Shown: positions 26,830 to 41,029 of the stretch, one piece after another
Layout of the letters: every line of letters starts with the position of its first letter
Position numbering within the stretch: the first letter of the stretch is position 1
Assembly: GCA_013265495.1 (NCBI GenBank)
Contig: MU058000.1
Location: 2,790,001 to 2,854,000, forward strand
Origin: Vicugna vicugna
Taxonomy: Eukaryota
Direction of reading: 5' to 3'
Length of the DNA stretch: 64,000 nt
Program-made: the position numbers and the translations under genes
Notes under the pieces: generated by a model
What the model was told of the DNA's origin: nothing
The model's input: the letters and a program-made list of their open reading frames with translations, nothing else
The model's database searches: none

Positions 26830-27250
26830 AATATTTATACACAGAAACAACTTAAATGTCCTCAGTAGAGGACAGGAAATGTAAAGGATGACATAGTCAC
26901 ATGATGGAAGCCAATAAACAAAAGAGACTAAGTGCTCCCGTGTAATGATGTAAAGATAAAATATAGTATTAATTACACAAAGCAAAATACAGAATGATTA
27001 CAGAATATAATATGATGCTTTTGCGTAAATAAACTTGAAGACAGAAAGGTAGATACTTGAATATTTATATCATGGTGGTGCATTTATTTATTAACTAGTT
27101 AGTTTTTTCCTAGGTAGGAAAGGGTCAGAAGAAGCTGCTAATGATCGTTAGTTTGAATAAGGAGGGAAGAAAATATTCTTTGAAAAAAATAGTTACTTTC
27201 TATGTCATTTGCATTTTATAAATGTGCATGTGTATTATTTTTACTTTCTT
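26830..27250 (+). mobile_element. Ancient L1ME-like 3' fragment
   Basis: gaaacaacttaaatgtcc...catagtcacatgatggaa...aaagcaaaatacagaat resembles an old L1 3' end. Confidence 0.45.
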
Positions 27251-30200
27251 TAAGGCAATGTTGGCGCTAATCCCTTAGACTAGCAGGTTTTTAGCGTTTA
27301 ACTTTATATGTAAAGTAGCAACACATGAATATAAAGTTTTAGGGAAAATAATTGCCCATCCCTGGAAATAAAGTTCAAAGTTCACCAATATTATAATGTG
27401 TTTTTCTTAACATATTTTTATATATAAGCAACTTCAGTGATAATGAAGATTGAGTAGAATTCAACTCCACACTGGGAGTCAAACAGTGTATTTCTATTTA
27501 TATTCTGAGCTTCCTTTTTCAGTCTTTTTACCTATTGCAGAGCATTATGATTAATACAGATAATCATAAAAAACAGGACTGTAGAAGGTGACACTTAATG
27601 AAAGAAAACTGGCATTTTTTTTTTCAATTTAGTCACTGCTGTTTCTTCACTGTCTAGAACTCTGGCCAATTGTCAGATTTTCAATAAATACTTGTCGAAT
27701 GAAAGAGTCAGTGAATCAATGAATTGTGTAAAGATTGTGGAAAATAGTTAAGGCTTTTTCTTTGCCTTTACAATTTAAGACAATGAAAACTTCATCATTA
27801 CATTCCTTATAAAACACTTTACACTGAGAAGTGTAGCAATAACAAAATGAAAATTGTGTGTATGTCTGAAATGCACATTTGAAATTCAGTTTATTATGAC
27901 ATTATGATATTTTACTAAGATTTAGGTATATTAACCATCATAAGATTAGTAACTACTTTGAGTTTAAAAAATACTTTACATGGAATATAATGCGTGTATA
28001 TCCATAGCCCGTGTTCAGATGCATTTGAAATGTCAAAAAAACAAAAAACAAAAACAACACCTTGGACTCAAGGATTTAGGTTAGCTCAGGGATTTAGTGC
28101 CACAGATTAAATCACTGTGTTGCCCATGATTTCTGGAACCCTTCTCTTCATCCAGCCATAGCCTGTAGGCTAAGAAAGTAGCTCAACTGTAGAACAAAAA
28201 ATGAGAAGAAAAAAAAAAAACTTGTAAGATTTATTTATGAGTCTAGATTCACATTCCAGCATCAAGCCACTAATTGTGGCTCAAAAATTATGGCTACCCA
28301 AATAATAACAGATACAGCAATATCTATCATACTAGTAAAAATGTATACCAAATAACACTTGTGTGAATATTAAAGCTGTATAAGAAGGCATAAGATATAT
28401 AGATGATTGTATAGAAAATTGAATTACTGAAACAGACAAACTGATGTTGACAGTTACTTTTATTCCCTTGAAATATAAGGACAACATTAAGCTAACACTT
28501 CCGAAGTCTAATGGAGAAACAAACAAATTTCAGATCGGTTAGGTGTGTTTTACGATTATGAGTGCACTCAAAAACATTATCTAATACATTTCCACAATTT
28601 AAGTCCTTGGTAGCTAACATTTTAGACACCCAAACATTTTTGTTTTTCTGCTGAGAAAAGTATCAACCACTTCTAGGCAGCAGTTTATCCAACCTGATTT
28701 GGCAAAGAAGAAAAAAAGAGGTGGGTTTCTTGGAGTAACTGAACAAACCATGAAGCCCAGCTGCTTCCTCTGCTGAGATGAACGACCCCTGGAGGTGCTC
28801 ACTTCTTGGGACTCCATTCTGTGTCATCTCAGCACCTTGCTTCGTCCAAATCCAAGGAAGGACCTTCTATGAAGATTTTTAATCTCTAAGGGAAGAGTAG
28901 CTAGCTTTCTGGAAAGTCAGACATTTTGAGTTGCAATATTTTAGCTGTGAAGTGTTTATTGAGCACCGAGTAGACCTCAAGTGTGGTCCACAACAGACAG
29001 ATACATCATCAATGACTGCCTGGAGTCCAAAGTGTAATAGCCCTGAGAGTAAGGCGCGATTCCCTCTCTAAGGATCAAAAAAGGTGTTCACGTCCCTTCA
29101 AACCATAAATACACTCCAGACTTAAAAAAAAAAATAGCTGAAAGGGTTTTTGCTGTGTACTTGTATAAAAGTTTTCTTTGAACAATGATACTTACATAGT
29201 GTAAAAAGTGGCTCAGAGATTTTTCAAGTATACACAGCAAGACTAAAAGAATAGAAAAATTGTGACAATTAGAAATATATGAGGCTTCTAGGGTCATATT
29301 TCTTCAACTATGTCTAGTGAAAAACTATTTTAAAAATTTTCAACTTATCATAAATATTTTTGTCAAATAGAATAAAATGAATTGTTAGAAAAATTAAATG
29401 TGGAAAACAAAAAAAGACATACAAAATACAAGTCCACTGATCACACACCTGAATATCCTGGCAGAGTAAAATGGCTGTAAGTTTTTTTGAAACACTCTTC
29501 ATTTCTGCATTTGTCTCCTAGGAGACATGTAATAAACATTCCACGAATGTACGGTGATCTCCAAACCACATTTTGAGTAATTCTACTTTATGCTGAGGTG
29601 AGAACCGATGATGTCTTATGTATAAAAAAAAATGCATCTTAAATCTCACCTCAAACATCTGCAAAAATATGGTTTCAACAGATGCCCTTTTCTACCTCTA
29701 AGTTACTGCAACTACTACTGGTGTATCTGGGGTTAAAGGACATAGCTAATGAAATAATCTTGGTTTTAGATACCAACACAACCAGTAGTCACAATAACCT
29801 ACTACTTTGTCTCTTGCGTTTAGAGACAATATAACTAAACTCTTTTTCTAAAGCCTTCTTTAAAAAAGCACACACTCCATAAATTGCTCTCAGAATGTAC
29901 AAACTCTAAAACTATAAAACTTTATGTTTCACATGTAACTGAAATTAACATTATCATTTTCTTTAAAAAATTTATAAATTAAAAAAAATTATCATTTTCT
30001 TTTAAGAGTTGCATTTAGTTGCAAACTGATCTATGCAGTTTTTGACTAGTTATCATCTATCTCCAGACATCGTACTATTTAATGTTCTGTTGCTACAACA
30101 GAATATTAAATTCTCAGACCAGAGAATTTAGATTTATATTTTAAATATTATTGCTTAAAGTAGCTAACTTCCAGTTTAGAGAAGTGAAAAAAAATGAAGA

Positions 30201-33146
30201 GAAAAATATCAACTTTTTTTTTTTTTAGGTTATAAAAGTTCCAGAGCAGAAATGAGTAACCAATGAAAAAAGTATGTATTGAAAGGTGGACAGTTGTTTA
30301 CCCATACCTTTAGACACTGGGGTTAAGCAGTCACCCCTGCTAGGTAGGCACCAACTGATGGCTCTAGATCCAGAGTAAAAACATTATATAAGTTATTATA
30401 TATATGATTATTAAATATTGTTATTATTAGCCAGAGTTCATCACAGCCTGATGTGATACAGTAACAAACAGACCTACAGTTTTTTCTAAAAGTTGCAGTT
30501 CACATGAGCAAAATTTATCTTGTAGAAGCCAAAACTGTAATCAGACTGAAATGTTTATTTTGTTCTGGGAGTTAAAAGCTTGAGTTACAATTCTTTTAGC
30601 AATACAGAAGTTTCAAATCACAGATATAGGTACTACAAGCTGGCTTTAGAAAGAGGAAAACTTGTTTTTTTTTAAAGTACTATTTTAACTCACTTTTGCT
30701 GTGGGTACTTGTTGAAGAAAAATACAAAATAACTGTTTTTGTACAATGAGTTCTAAAAATGAAGCTCCTCATTCTGAAAGGCACTTCGTGAATTACATTC
30801 TACGTAGGGTCAGTGCTCACTACAGCATACTCAATCTTTTAAAACTTCAGAATCACTATCAGCCATTGCTAAATGGTATAATGTTCTAAAATGAGTGCTA
30901 CATTGTGAAAATATATAAAGTAGGAGTATTATAAGGATGTCTGTGTTTAAATAGAAATCATAGTATCTAAAAAAAAAAGATAAGGAAAAGAGTAATGCAT
31001 ATGTGTCAGAGTTAATGTAGAATCGTAATCCCTGGTAATTAATTGTCATATGATCATAGACACAAAGAAATGGTGAAGAGATCAACATGGCCATGTAAAA
31101 GCTAATCAGAAATTCTCACAGCCTATAGAAGTTATCTGCTGCATCCCCATCCTGGAGAACTGCTGGCAGATTCCATCAAGTTCATAAACTTGAGCATGTT
31201 CAAGGGGAAACAGCAAGGAAACAACCACGAGATTGTACCAGATTGGGGAGGACTGGCTCTGGCATCTGGATGTGACACTTTTCTCACCGTATTTTCAGTT
31301 GAGTTAATTTCCAACTCTGAGGGTGTGGTTATGTCACTTGTGATGAAACAGACCTGCTCATTCCAAGTACCATTCAATTATATGACCTGTAGGGCATGAG
31401 AACTGGGCTGGATCACTATAGCCCGCCACGCAAAGATGAAAAAGAGGAAACGAGTTAGATAAAACAGAAAACACACAACACCCTCTCTTGCAAGGGAGCC
31501 CTGCCTCTCTGTTTGTGGAGGGTAAATTAGAAATGGAGACCATTTTGGAAGTTTCCTGTTGACGTGAATTGGGGCTATTACCTATTGAAGCATGAACATG
31601 TGTGCAGATTGCCATCACGAATAACATGGGTGAGTTATTAAAATATTTGGGTTTTTTTTATTTTGCAACAAGTGGAACATTCATGATAAAAGGCCATGTT
31701 ACTAAGTGTAAGCCTGTCTTGCTTCCTCACTCTCAGTCACTCCAGTAACAAATTTAATGCTGTTGTATAAATTCAAATATTAATTATCGCCAGTATTCTG
31801 CAACATCAATGGTACAACAACTCTACATAGCATGAAAACGATTTCTTAAAATTCATATCAAATGTAAAATTCTCCTAGATGAGGGCTTTCTCCACGCTAT
31901 GATGTTTAGAGATACACGTTCCCAGAGTAACATATGAGTAATATATGGGTCTATCCGCCACTGGCAGCCATAAATAAGTAGTCGAGAAAAAGCTTCTGGA
32001 ATCATTATACTCCATGGCAACCTCAGCGAGCTGTTTGAGTGTTCTGTAAAACCTTTCCAGGTCCTGCATTGGAAATGAATGCCTGCTTAAGAACCCAGGC
32101 ACAGTTCGGCTGTCTACTGGCACTGCACCTGGGTGCTGATAAGGCAGAGGGTCCCATCAATACAACAAGAATGAAAAAGGTTACTACCAAGTATACAAGG
32201 ATTCCAGGGATGTTTGGATAATATTTACACTCTTTCCTCCTAGAAATGACTTCTAAAATATTAAGCAAGTTTAATCGTTCTTTTTGAAACTCATTTATGA
32301 CTTGGTCTGGAATCTGGAAGATCTTGGTTCTTTCAAGGATCTGTCTTTTACTGTCCGTGTTGGTCTAGGTAAGTTTCTTGAAACACTTGAGTCAAGATAA
32401 TTCAATTATCCAAATTTATGACACCTGTAACACATGTAGAACATATAAGAATGACCTTTAGGAGATGATGGTCAGCATAGAGTTTGCTGTGCTCACTAGA
32501 ATGAACTGCCACAGCCAAAAAAAAAAAAAAGTATATATGTAGACAATATGCTCAATAGCAAATGACTTTTGAGTCTTCCTAAATGAAGTGGAAAGTCCAA
32601 TCCACAATGAAACCTCTGGACAATCGCTGTTCCTAACATGAGCCTGTCGGCTCACACAGGGGCAGGCAGCACATATGTGCAACTCTAGTCCCTATCAAGG
32701 AGAGGAAGGATGTGAAAAATGCAGCGCTGTGCCAGACACAGAGAAAGGCTAATCAAGCGGTGATTTCATCGTTCCACTCCCCTGGTGAGCTTCCTCTTCC
32801 CAGCACATGCAAATGATATATTTAGAAGTGAATTTGCCTTGAGAATAGTGATCAGCACAGCATTCCACCAAAACAAAATTTCCACCTTTGTTCTTTACTT
32901 CTCCATTTTTTTTCCTTCCATTGTTTTTCTCTATTTCTTACTTGATTTATTTCTTAGTAATTTCATCCTTTCAGTCAGGAGATAAGATACCCAGCATTGG
33001 ATTTCCTTGAGTTGGAAAACTTTTAAAAATCCATGTTTTCTGCCTTTATGTAGCACCTGACAAGTTAATAGGAAGAAAGGAGGAGACAGGGGGAGTTTTC
33101 AAGGTGGATAATTCATCATCCAAGGGGTAGTGGGGAACATTTGTAC

Positions 33147-33188
33147 ATCACACACACACATGCACATATGCACACACACACACACACA
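33147..33188. repeat. Interrupted (CA)n microsatellite
   Basis: Seen directly. Confidence 0.9.
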
Positions 33189-36100
33189 TTTCCTGGAATA
33201 TATTCAGCAGAATATAAAATTAAGAGGTTGTTTTTTTTTTATTATCTATATGGGAAAATCATATGTTAACTCCCTTAACCAAATCATAGTATTTAAATGA
33301 ACATAGCAGAAAGAAAAATAAAACAGACTTCAGTATGTTTCTATATATAATTAAGACTAATATAAGGTGTAAATAGTGAATCAGTCCCTATTCTAAGTCT
33401 AACTAAGAGTACAAAAGAAAATCTCATGCCATCTGATTGTTCATTTGCAATTGACATCAACACAGAGGCATTAACTCGAAACAGGAATCAGGTCCATAAG
33501 CTGCTGATCAAAAGAGGTCTAATGATTCAGGTCTGGAGGCTCATGTTTGTGGTCTGCGACTCTCTTGGTACACTGAAAAGAAAACGTCTAAGAGATGTAC
33601 CAAACCAATGCCAACCGGCTGACAGTTTGATTGTGTTTGAAAGGAGAGTATTTGAAGCAGGAGAAACTCCCTGGTTCATAGCCAGTTTCTTTTATAAATA
33701 GAGACACACACCAAGCACCAGACTCTAGTCGTATGCACATAAGCACAGAAAAAGGCAGGCTGGCTGGTGGTGCAGTCAGGGAGAATCAGCTTAGAAGTTC
33801 TTCTCTGTTTAATCTGGGCTGACTTCCTATATCAAGACAGACAGTGCCTTTGGCTCTCTGGACCTTTGTCAGCAATGGTTCCCCTTGGATGCTTTGACTT
33901 GTCATGCATCTCCACTATCTGATGGTCCTGAATTGAAGAATGTAGTCCAGATTAAATTTATCTAGTACATTTCCCCTTATTGTTGGAAGTCAAGATCCCA
34001 GTTTGCCCTAATTAGCTACTGAACTGAAATTTGCTCAAGTTGACTTTTTCCAAGTATATTGACATTAAATGTCTCGGATTCAAGGCTGTTTCAAATCTGT
34101 TCGAAACACTTCTTGTCTCCCACCTCCCTTTCCCCGATTGATCAGGAAGTAAGTGGTCAGAAAATGTTTACAACAAATAGAGTCTATAGCTCGCCTTCCA
34201 AACACATACTGTGATTCAACACGGGGCCACAGCATGTTTGTAGGGACCCTCGCACAAAAGCCCAAGTTGCATCACTGGATATTCCAAGAGGTGTGGACGT
34301 GGCAAGGAAAGCGAGAGAGCAAACTTACCACCTGTTTTCCACGGACAATATGTGCGTGTGCAGATTAGAATGGACTGTCATGCACGGCAGTAGCATGAAG
34401 TTTGAGGTTAGGGTTAGAGAAAGGCATTGTCAAAGGACTTTACAGAGGATAATTATCCCAAAGCACCTCTTAGCACTTAGCCATACCCTACAAGTGACTC
34501 CGAGGAGGGAAAAAAATGGACAGCACCACTTCCAGTTAGTGGAAACGTCTTATTCTTATAAATGTTTCATCCCTCTCCTGTAAATGGATATCAAGACCAA
34601 AATACAGCAAAACATTGAGGTCATGGTAAACCCAAGGCTGATCTTAGGTGTAATGATTTTTCATTATTGTATCCAGAAGGCAAAACAAATGTTTCCCAGC
34701 AGATACTTAAAATGGGGGGCTTCAAAAGGAAGAAATGAAAGCCTCAATTCATTTTCTTTTTCTCTTATGGTCTAGTCCAGAGTTCTACACGATAACATCC
34801 AGTGGCATCTTCAACTCAGTGAAATGCATTCACCCCACACCTTCAGGGGCGGAAGAGGGAGAGAGTGTGTGCTGGTACCTGTGAGGACTTGTGCCTCTTA
34901 AAACCAGACATGACAACCCACTCGCTTCTTTTTTAACCAAAAGCATAAAATCCCATGCAAAAATGCCTTTGAAGGACTGGCAGTCAGTGCTGCTTCCACC
35001 TGGCTATCAATGGTGCCTCTGCCCACTCAGCCTTGTGACAAGCCACTTTTGTTTCTACAAATAGCATTCAGCAGGTCGACAATTGACCTCGCTGATCTTC
35101 CTCTCCTCTCCCTTTCTTCTTGACTGTTTCAGAAGAATGATTCTTCTTTTGATGGCACGCCAGCAGGGACTCGCCAACACCTGTGTTTATTTAACAAACT
35201 GATGGCGTGCAGTTACCCATTTTTTTTTCCAGCGTAAATGTATCTGAAAGGGGTTAATGCTGCCTGGTAGCACTATCATAATTAAGATTCTGCCAGTATT
35301 TTCATAACAAACTGGAGATTTCCAAAAACAATCTGGAAATGCTTTGTGAACAATTTAGCATCTAATACGGGAGATTACTTTTTAAGACACAAGCCCCAAA
35401 ATGTCTACTTTGTTTTAATATGTGGTTGTCACAATAACTGATTAATGTGCTTCTTACTCATTTATTTTTTTTTAAAAAGAAAGGCAGTCCTTTTTATGTC
35501 AGATAAAGTATCTTTCTTACCTCTGTGTGATTAACCCACAAGGAAAATTATTTCAATTTCTATAATGCAACAGATTTTTAGGGCACATTTGCTCCCAAAA
35601 TCCCCAAGGTGAATACTTCAGGAACAGGATGTTAAGTGAGATTTTCTGCTGTCTTAGCATTTTGGCTAATGCCCAAAGCTGAGACTGATGGTTTTCAAGT
35701 ACCATCGCATTTTAAAGACAGCAGCTAGACACATGTATCTATGAGACCCACTGAGAAAGAGCAGAACTACCTCCGACACCTTTTTCCAGGTTAAAAATCC
35801 ATCAGTGTACATACAGCTCCTTTGGAAGACCGTAGAGTGTTGATAAGATAGGAAGCAGGTGGCTTTTCTTTCATTTGGAAAGTGAAGTGAGGAGCACTTC
35901 AGGGAAGCCACTGTCAGAACGTGGGACTGCTTGCCGGGAGGGACAATCGGAAAGGCTCTCTCCTGCGGTAGGCTTGCCTGGACACACAGGGATCTCATTT
36001 TGTCAATGCCCTTTGGAATCTGAGGGATAGAGAAAATCTCTCTGACTCTCTTATGAATGTTGCCATTATTTTAGTATTTGACTTGAAGCCTTACATGAAA

Positions 36101-36784
36101 TCAGTACATTTCACTACCAGATTAAGGAGTTTCCTATTTATTTATCTATTTATTTAACTCTTGACTCCTTCTCGCAATTTTTGGCCTCAAAGAGCATGTG
36201 CAGATATACTATATTGTGGTGGGGGTGCCTGGAGCCAGAGGAGCAAAAGGATGGACCCCAAGGCACATTCTCTCGCGCACATCCCCCCTGCGAGACTCTG
36301 AGATGGGTGGGGCTTAAGTGGGGTGGGAGAAAAGGGGAGATTTTTAATTGGTTGTGATGTAAGGGTTTAAGTTCAATGAATATTTCAAGATCATAAATGA
36401 TTATAATTCTAATATTCAAAAGTGGCAAGAAAGCACTGGGCTCTGCCTTAAATGCTCTCAAGCACTGGGGAAAGAAATCCAATAAAGTCCTTGAAAACAG
36501 AGATGGAAGGACATGTATCCATTCAATAAACCAGTACCACTAACCAGCCATGTACAAATAGTTTATGTGGTTTGAATACAAATACGGATATCTGTATCTT
36601 TATATTATTTCACAAATCGGTATTCTTACAATGACACAGTTCGCAAATAGCTCTTAGCTTTCTGGATCTTCAACCCAAGCAGAATTTTGAAGCCAAACAC
36701 AGTACTTTAGAGAAACTGCCACAATCAGAAGTGATCAAAAAGGATCATCTTGTGCCTATCTGCCCGGATTCATGGGAAAGGATG

Positions 36785-36970
36785 GTAGAGTGGAAGTTAA
36801 CAATGAAATGAGATAAATCTGAATTTGAGTTTCTGCTCTAGCATTTACTATATATTTATGGGCAGATACTTCGTTCTCTGCATTTCTTATTTGTCACTTG
36901 TAAAAGGAAAAATAATATGTATTAATCCATAAAGTTGTTGAAAGGATAAAAATGAAATAGCTTATAGAAA
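36785..36970 (+). mobile_element. MIR SINE
   Basis: gtagagtggaag...tctgaatttgagtttctgctctagcatttacta...gggcagatactt...tgtaaaagg...cataaagttgttgaaaggat follows the MIR consensus. Confidence 0.6.
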
Positions 36971-39149
36971 ACATCTCTTTAGTGATGGTTTGCTATAACT
37001 TTTACCTTTCTTCTCTTCTTTCTCTTTGTGTTCCTTTCTTCCCTTCCTTCTTTAGTGGTTTTCCCATTTGTTTTCAGGAATTCTTAATTCTCTTCTCTCC
37101 CCTTCCTCTGGCTCGTCATACCCTGCATTAACTACTTTTGAGTATTTTCAGCAAATACCTATCTACTAAGTCCTTCCTGAAGCAAAGAGAATCAATTGGT
37201 CTCTAGTCATAAGGGAATATATATAGTTGAAATGACCTAGACCTGCACTTGCCACCTTTTCCCTGAACCCACTCAGATACCGTGTCTGGTTGTAGCCCTT
37301 AAAATCTGCTTTGTTCCAGTGATGGAACTCCCACCTCCAGATCCCAGATGTGCATACAGGGAGGGCATTCCTCCCTTACACATAAGTCCATCTTTACTGA
37401 GAACCTTCAGACCGACAGTTTTTTGTTTTGTTTTGTTTTGTTTCCAAGACTGGACACTTCTTGGCTCTTGTCAACCCATTCCTTGAGAATAAGAATACTG
37501 GTGTGACTCTTGTATCACTCTGTGGTGAAAGGTGTTAACCCTTTCCTGGATATTGTCCATGACATCAAGATTAGAGGTTGTGAGATAAGCACAGGCCGGT
37601 TTGTCTCTGTGGGTTCCAGTCTTTATTATGGATCTCAGTCATCCTCACCAAAGTCCAAGTTCCTTTTCTGACTGCCAATCTGGAAGACCAATTATGAGGT
37701 CAAGTCCAACCCTAGGCAGAGACAACTGCCTTGCATAGGTATCCTCACTAGCTCCCATTGTTGCAAAAGCTCTAATCCCTAGAGTAAAGCCTGTTTCTGC
37801 ATCATTTATAATGACTCTGCTTCTTCAATATAACTCTGGCCAATACATGAATTCCATGCATCTTTTTTATATATTAATACCTAAGTATTGTATCCTGCTC
37901 TTGCTGTGGTGGATGAACTTTTTCTTTTTCTTTTCCAGATGATCAGGGTTTTAATTCTAATCAAAAGCTTTGCTTTTGAAACTTTTCCAATGAAAGATTC
38001 CTAACAGAGAAAGAAAGTAAAAATTTTAGCACTACAACATTTCTGAGATATGGGCATGATCATAAAGCCTTAGGGTGCTTGAAATCTTCCTTTGAGGTTT
38101 TAATTTATCTTAACATTTCATTCCATTTTGTAGCATAACCAAGGACATTGAAAATTTTAAATGCATTCTTCTCTCCAAGTCTTTAAATAAAATACAGTTT
38201 CTGAGAAGATGCCTACTCTGTGATTTCTGGTGGCTGTTAGGATAAGCCCCAAATATGCTGTGGATAAAATTTGTAGAAACAACAGTTTTTAAAGCAGTTT
38301 TGTGATTTGTCTAAGGTTTTCCAAAACCTATTGTCACATTATCACTAATGGACAATATATCCATGTAGTTATAATTACTCAGAAAATTACCTCATATCTT
38401 TTCTTTCTCATTGTGGCAACACACAGATATTGGGTATTCAAATTGAGTTATCTTAGAACTTTCACCAAATAATTTTTACATTGAGTTTGCTGAAATCACT
38501 TTAGCTCATATTTTTCTATAAAGCGACTGAGTTCTACAGTAATTCTGTGATTATAAAACAATAATCACTTGCATAAATCATCTGATTTTCATAGGGAGAC
38601 AACACAAAAGCTAAGGTTATATTTTACAAAGGACTGGGAACTCATACCTGGTAACTGACGGAAGAGAAAAACATTTAACCAAGTTATATAAGTTCAAAAC
38701 AAAACAGATAAAATCATCAGTCCTTGAGAGCTTCTCTTCTAACATGGAAGGATTCAAAGACTACTGAATAGTTCGCATAGGTATTAGCTGTCAATATTGC
38801 TGCAACCCTGAAATCTCAAGAAAACAAAAATGTCTTTGCCTTTTTGAAAATGGCTGATATTGGACATCAGAGAAGCCAGTCTGGAAATAAAATAATTTAT
38901 GATCATGGAAAGATTCAGACACATACTCACTAAAATTTTTCCATCTATGATGTTTAGTGCTTTGAATCTGCTATTAATCTTTTTTGTATATAACTTACGT
39001 GGCTTAGTAGCGAGCTCAAATATCGAACTCTAGATTCACGTATGCATGTCTGTAGAGCTCACTTTCATATCCACATGCAATGGGAATATATCCTTAGAAA
39101 TACCAATATTCCTTCAGAGAGATGGTAATTAGGATTGTTAGAAATGAAA

Positions 39150-40345
39150 TGAAAAGAGAAAGGAAGATAATATTCCGTTCGAGTTAGTAAAAATGGCAGC
39201 AAGGCAGTGAGCTCAAAAGCCAGACCTTATGAAGGGAAGAAAAAAGATTTACCATATGCCTTTAACTTACATTAAACATTTCAAAGGTAAAGGTTGTCCT
39301 TTGAGAAAATACTGCAGCTACTTTGCTAGTTAGGAGACTGAAATTGGAGAGAAAAAAAAAAAAGATCTAAGCCTTTTCAATTTTAAGGGATGATACAGAA
39401 AAGAAAGGAGATGGAAAAAAGGAGCGAGTTGAAAAATATAGACTGTGAAGCTACATCCCCAACCTCGAGGCTTAACTTCCTAAAAAATCATGGAGGAGGT
39501 TATTGGGTAAGATGAGGGAATCATGAGGACAGAGGAATTCTTTTTTTAAATGTTAGCTGCATCTCTGGGAAGAGCCAATACTGGGATTTCTCTGAGGTCA
39601 CATAAAATGCAATGGAAAAGTTAAAAGAAGCAGACCAGCTCGGTCAGACAGAGAAAAATCTAATTGTCACTCCAACGCTTCAGTCATTTTTTGTATGAGA
39701 GGATCCTGAGTTGAAAGCCATGAGGTCAAACATGAAGACTTCTATGGCAGGAGCTCATGACCTTACAACCGATACTATAGGATGAATGTCAGGAAAAAAG
39801 ATGAAGAACGTGTACACTAGTCGGAGATGGTAACATCAGGAAGGACTGAGGAGGCCAATCTAGCAGGAAGGGTCACTGGATTTGACAAAGGTAAGAAATA
39901 GTGTAAGTTAATTAATCAGAGATAACAACAACAGAAAACAGAGGATGCCCAGGGGTGGGAAGTAGCCATCCCTGTATCGGCAGAACCCATCCAAGGATAC
40001 GGATGATCGCAGATATTCTCTTCTAGCCCACCAAAAACCATGAGATTATGCAAAGCATCTTCCCCACAGCTCTGTTGCCATCTGATAGTGGAATTATGAG
40101 AAAAACCTCAAAGACTAAGTCTATAACTCAAAGAGACAGAATTAAACCTACACACACAGTATAAAATATTAAAAATAAATAAGTTTTATCCAGATTGAAC
40201 TTTTTTTGTTGTTGCCATTGTTGCTTTTGTTTCATATCATCCAATAGTTGTGGTCACATAAAAGCCATCAAAGCATTTTCTGAAATAAAGAAACAGTATA
40301 TTTTATGTATGACTGCATATAGTGTAAGTAAATTTTAAATTTAAA
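39150..40345 (+). mobile_element. Ancient LTR remnant, possibly MamGypLTR-like
   Basis: A purine-rich LTR-like body ends in aataaagaaacagtatatttt...agtgtaagtaaatt, reminiscent of mammalian Gypsy LTR ends. The sequence is very diverged. Confidence 0.35.
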
Positions 40346-40629
40346 AACTGATTATTATAATAATAATCAATTAAGTTCATTTAATATATTAAGTATTTTG
40401 GGGCATGATATTGAAATTGTGTGAATAACTCATATGTTTTAACATCAATTACATGTTATTTACCTTCTATTATTTCTGATACAGGTTTCACTGCTGAAAT
40501 CAAGGCAAAAATACAGTGGACTAAAGTAGATAAGCCTTTTTTTCTGTGATTATTTTGAATCATTTAGGTTTAGCCTAATGCCCCAGGCTTAAAGGGCAGC
40601 CTTGGTTTTAGGTCTCAGATTCTGGCTTA

Positions 40630-40950
40630 TTGGTTTCCCATCCTTAAAAGCTGGCCTTCATTAACAACGTAAGTCCAGGTCCTGCCATCAGATCTATGTT
40701 CTATACAGTGCGAAAGAAATAAGAAATGGAAACCAAATCTCTTCCCTCTAAGAACATAATCCAATATTTGTACATATTCCTTTTCATATGCTGCTGGATA
40801 AAAATTAGTCACACAGTTCATTAGCTGAAAGGGAAGCATGGAAATCTTTACCTGGGCAACCATGAGCTATGCTAAAATGTGGACACTTTATTACTAAAGG
40901 GTAAAAGGAAAGGATGGATATTGGTGGATAACTGGAAGTTTCTGCTATGC
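40630..40950 (-). mobile_element. Old MaLR (MLT1J/K-like) LTR fragment
   Basis: aaggatggatattggtggataactggaagtttctgcta resembles the antisense MLT1 5' terminus. Confidence 0.45.
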
Positions 40951-41029
40951 CTGCTTGTAAATAGTAAATATAAGTGGTCAGAGATTAAACCTTAAATTGG
41001 CTTTAAAAATCTAAATCTGTATCATAATA

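Noticed and set aside
31875..32123. Minus ORF (…QDLERFYRTLKQLAEVAMEY…) with a possible acceptor tgcag| at 32063
   Set aside because: It has no recognisable homology, a weak polypyrimidine tract and no supporting neighbouring exons.
34223..34234. ggggccacagca resembles the 5' start of the CPEB3 HDV-like ribozyme
   Set aside because: Similarity stops after 12 nt, and the downstream sequence does not supply the other HDV-fold strands.
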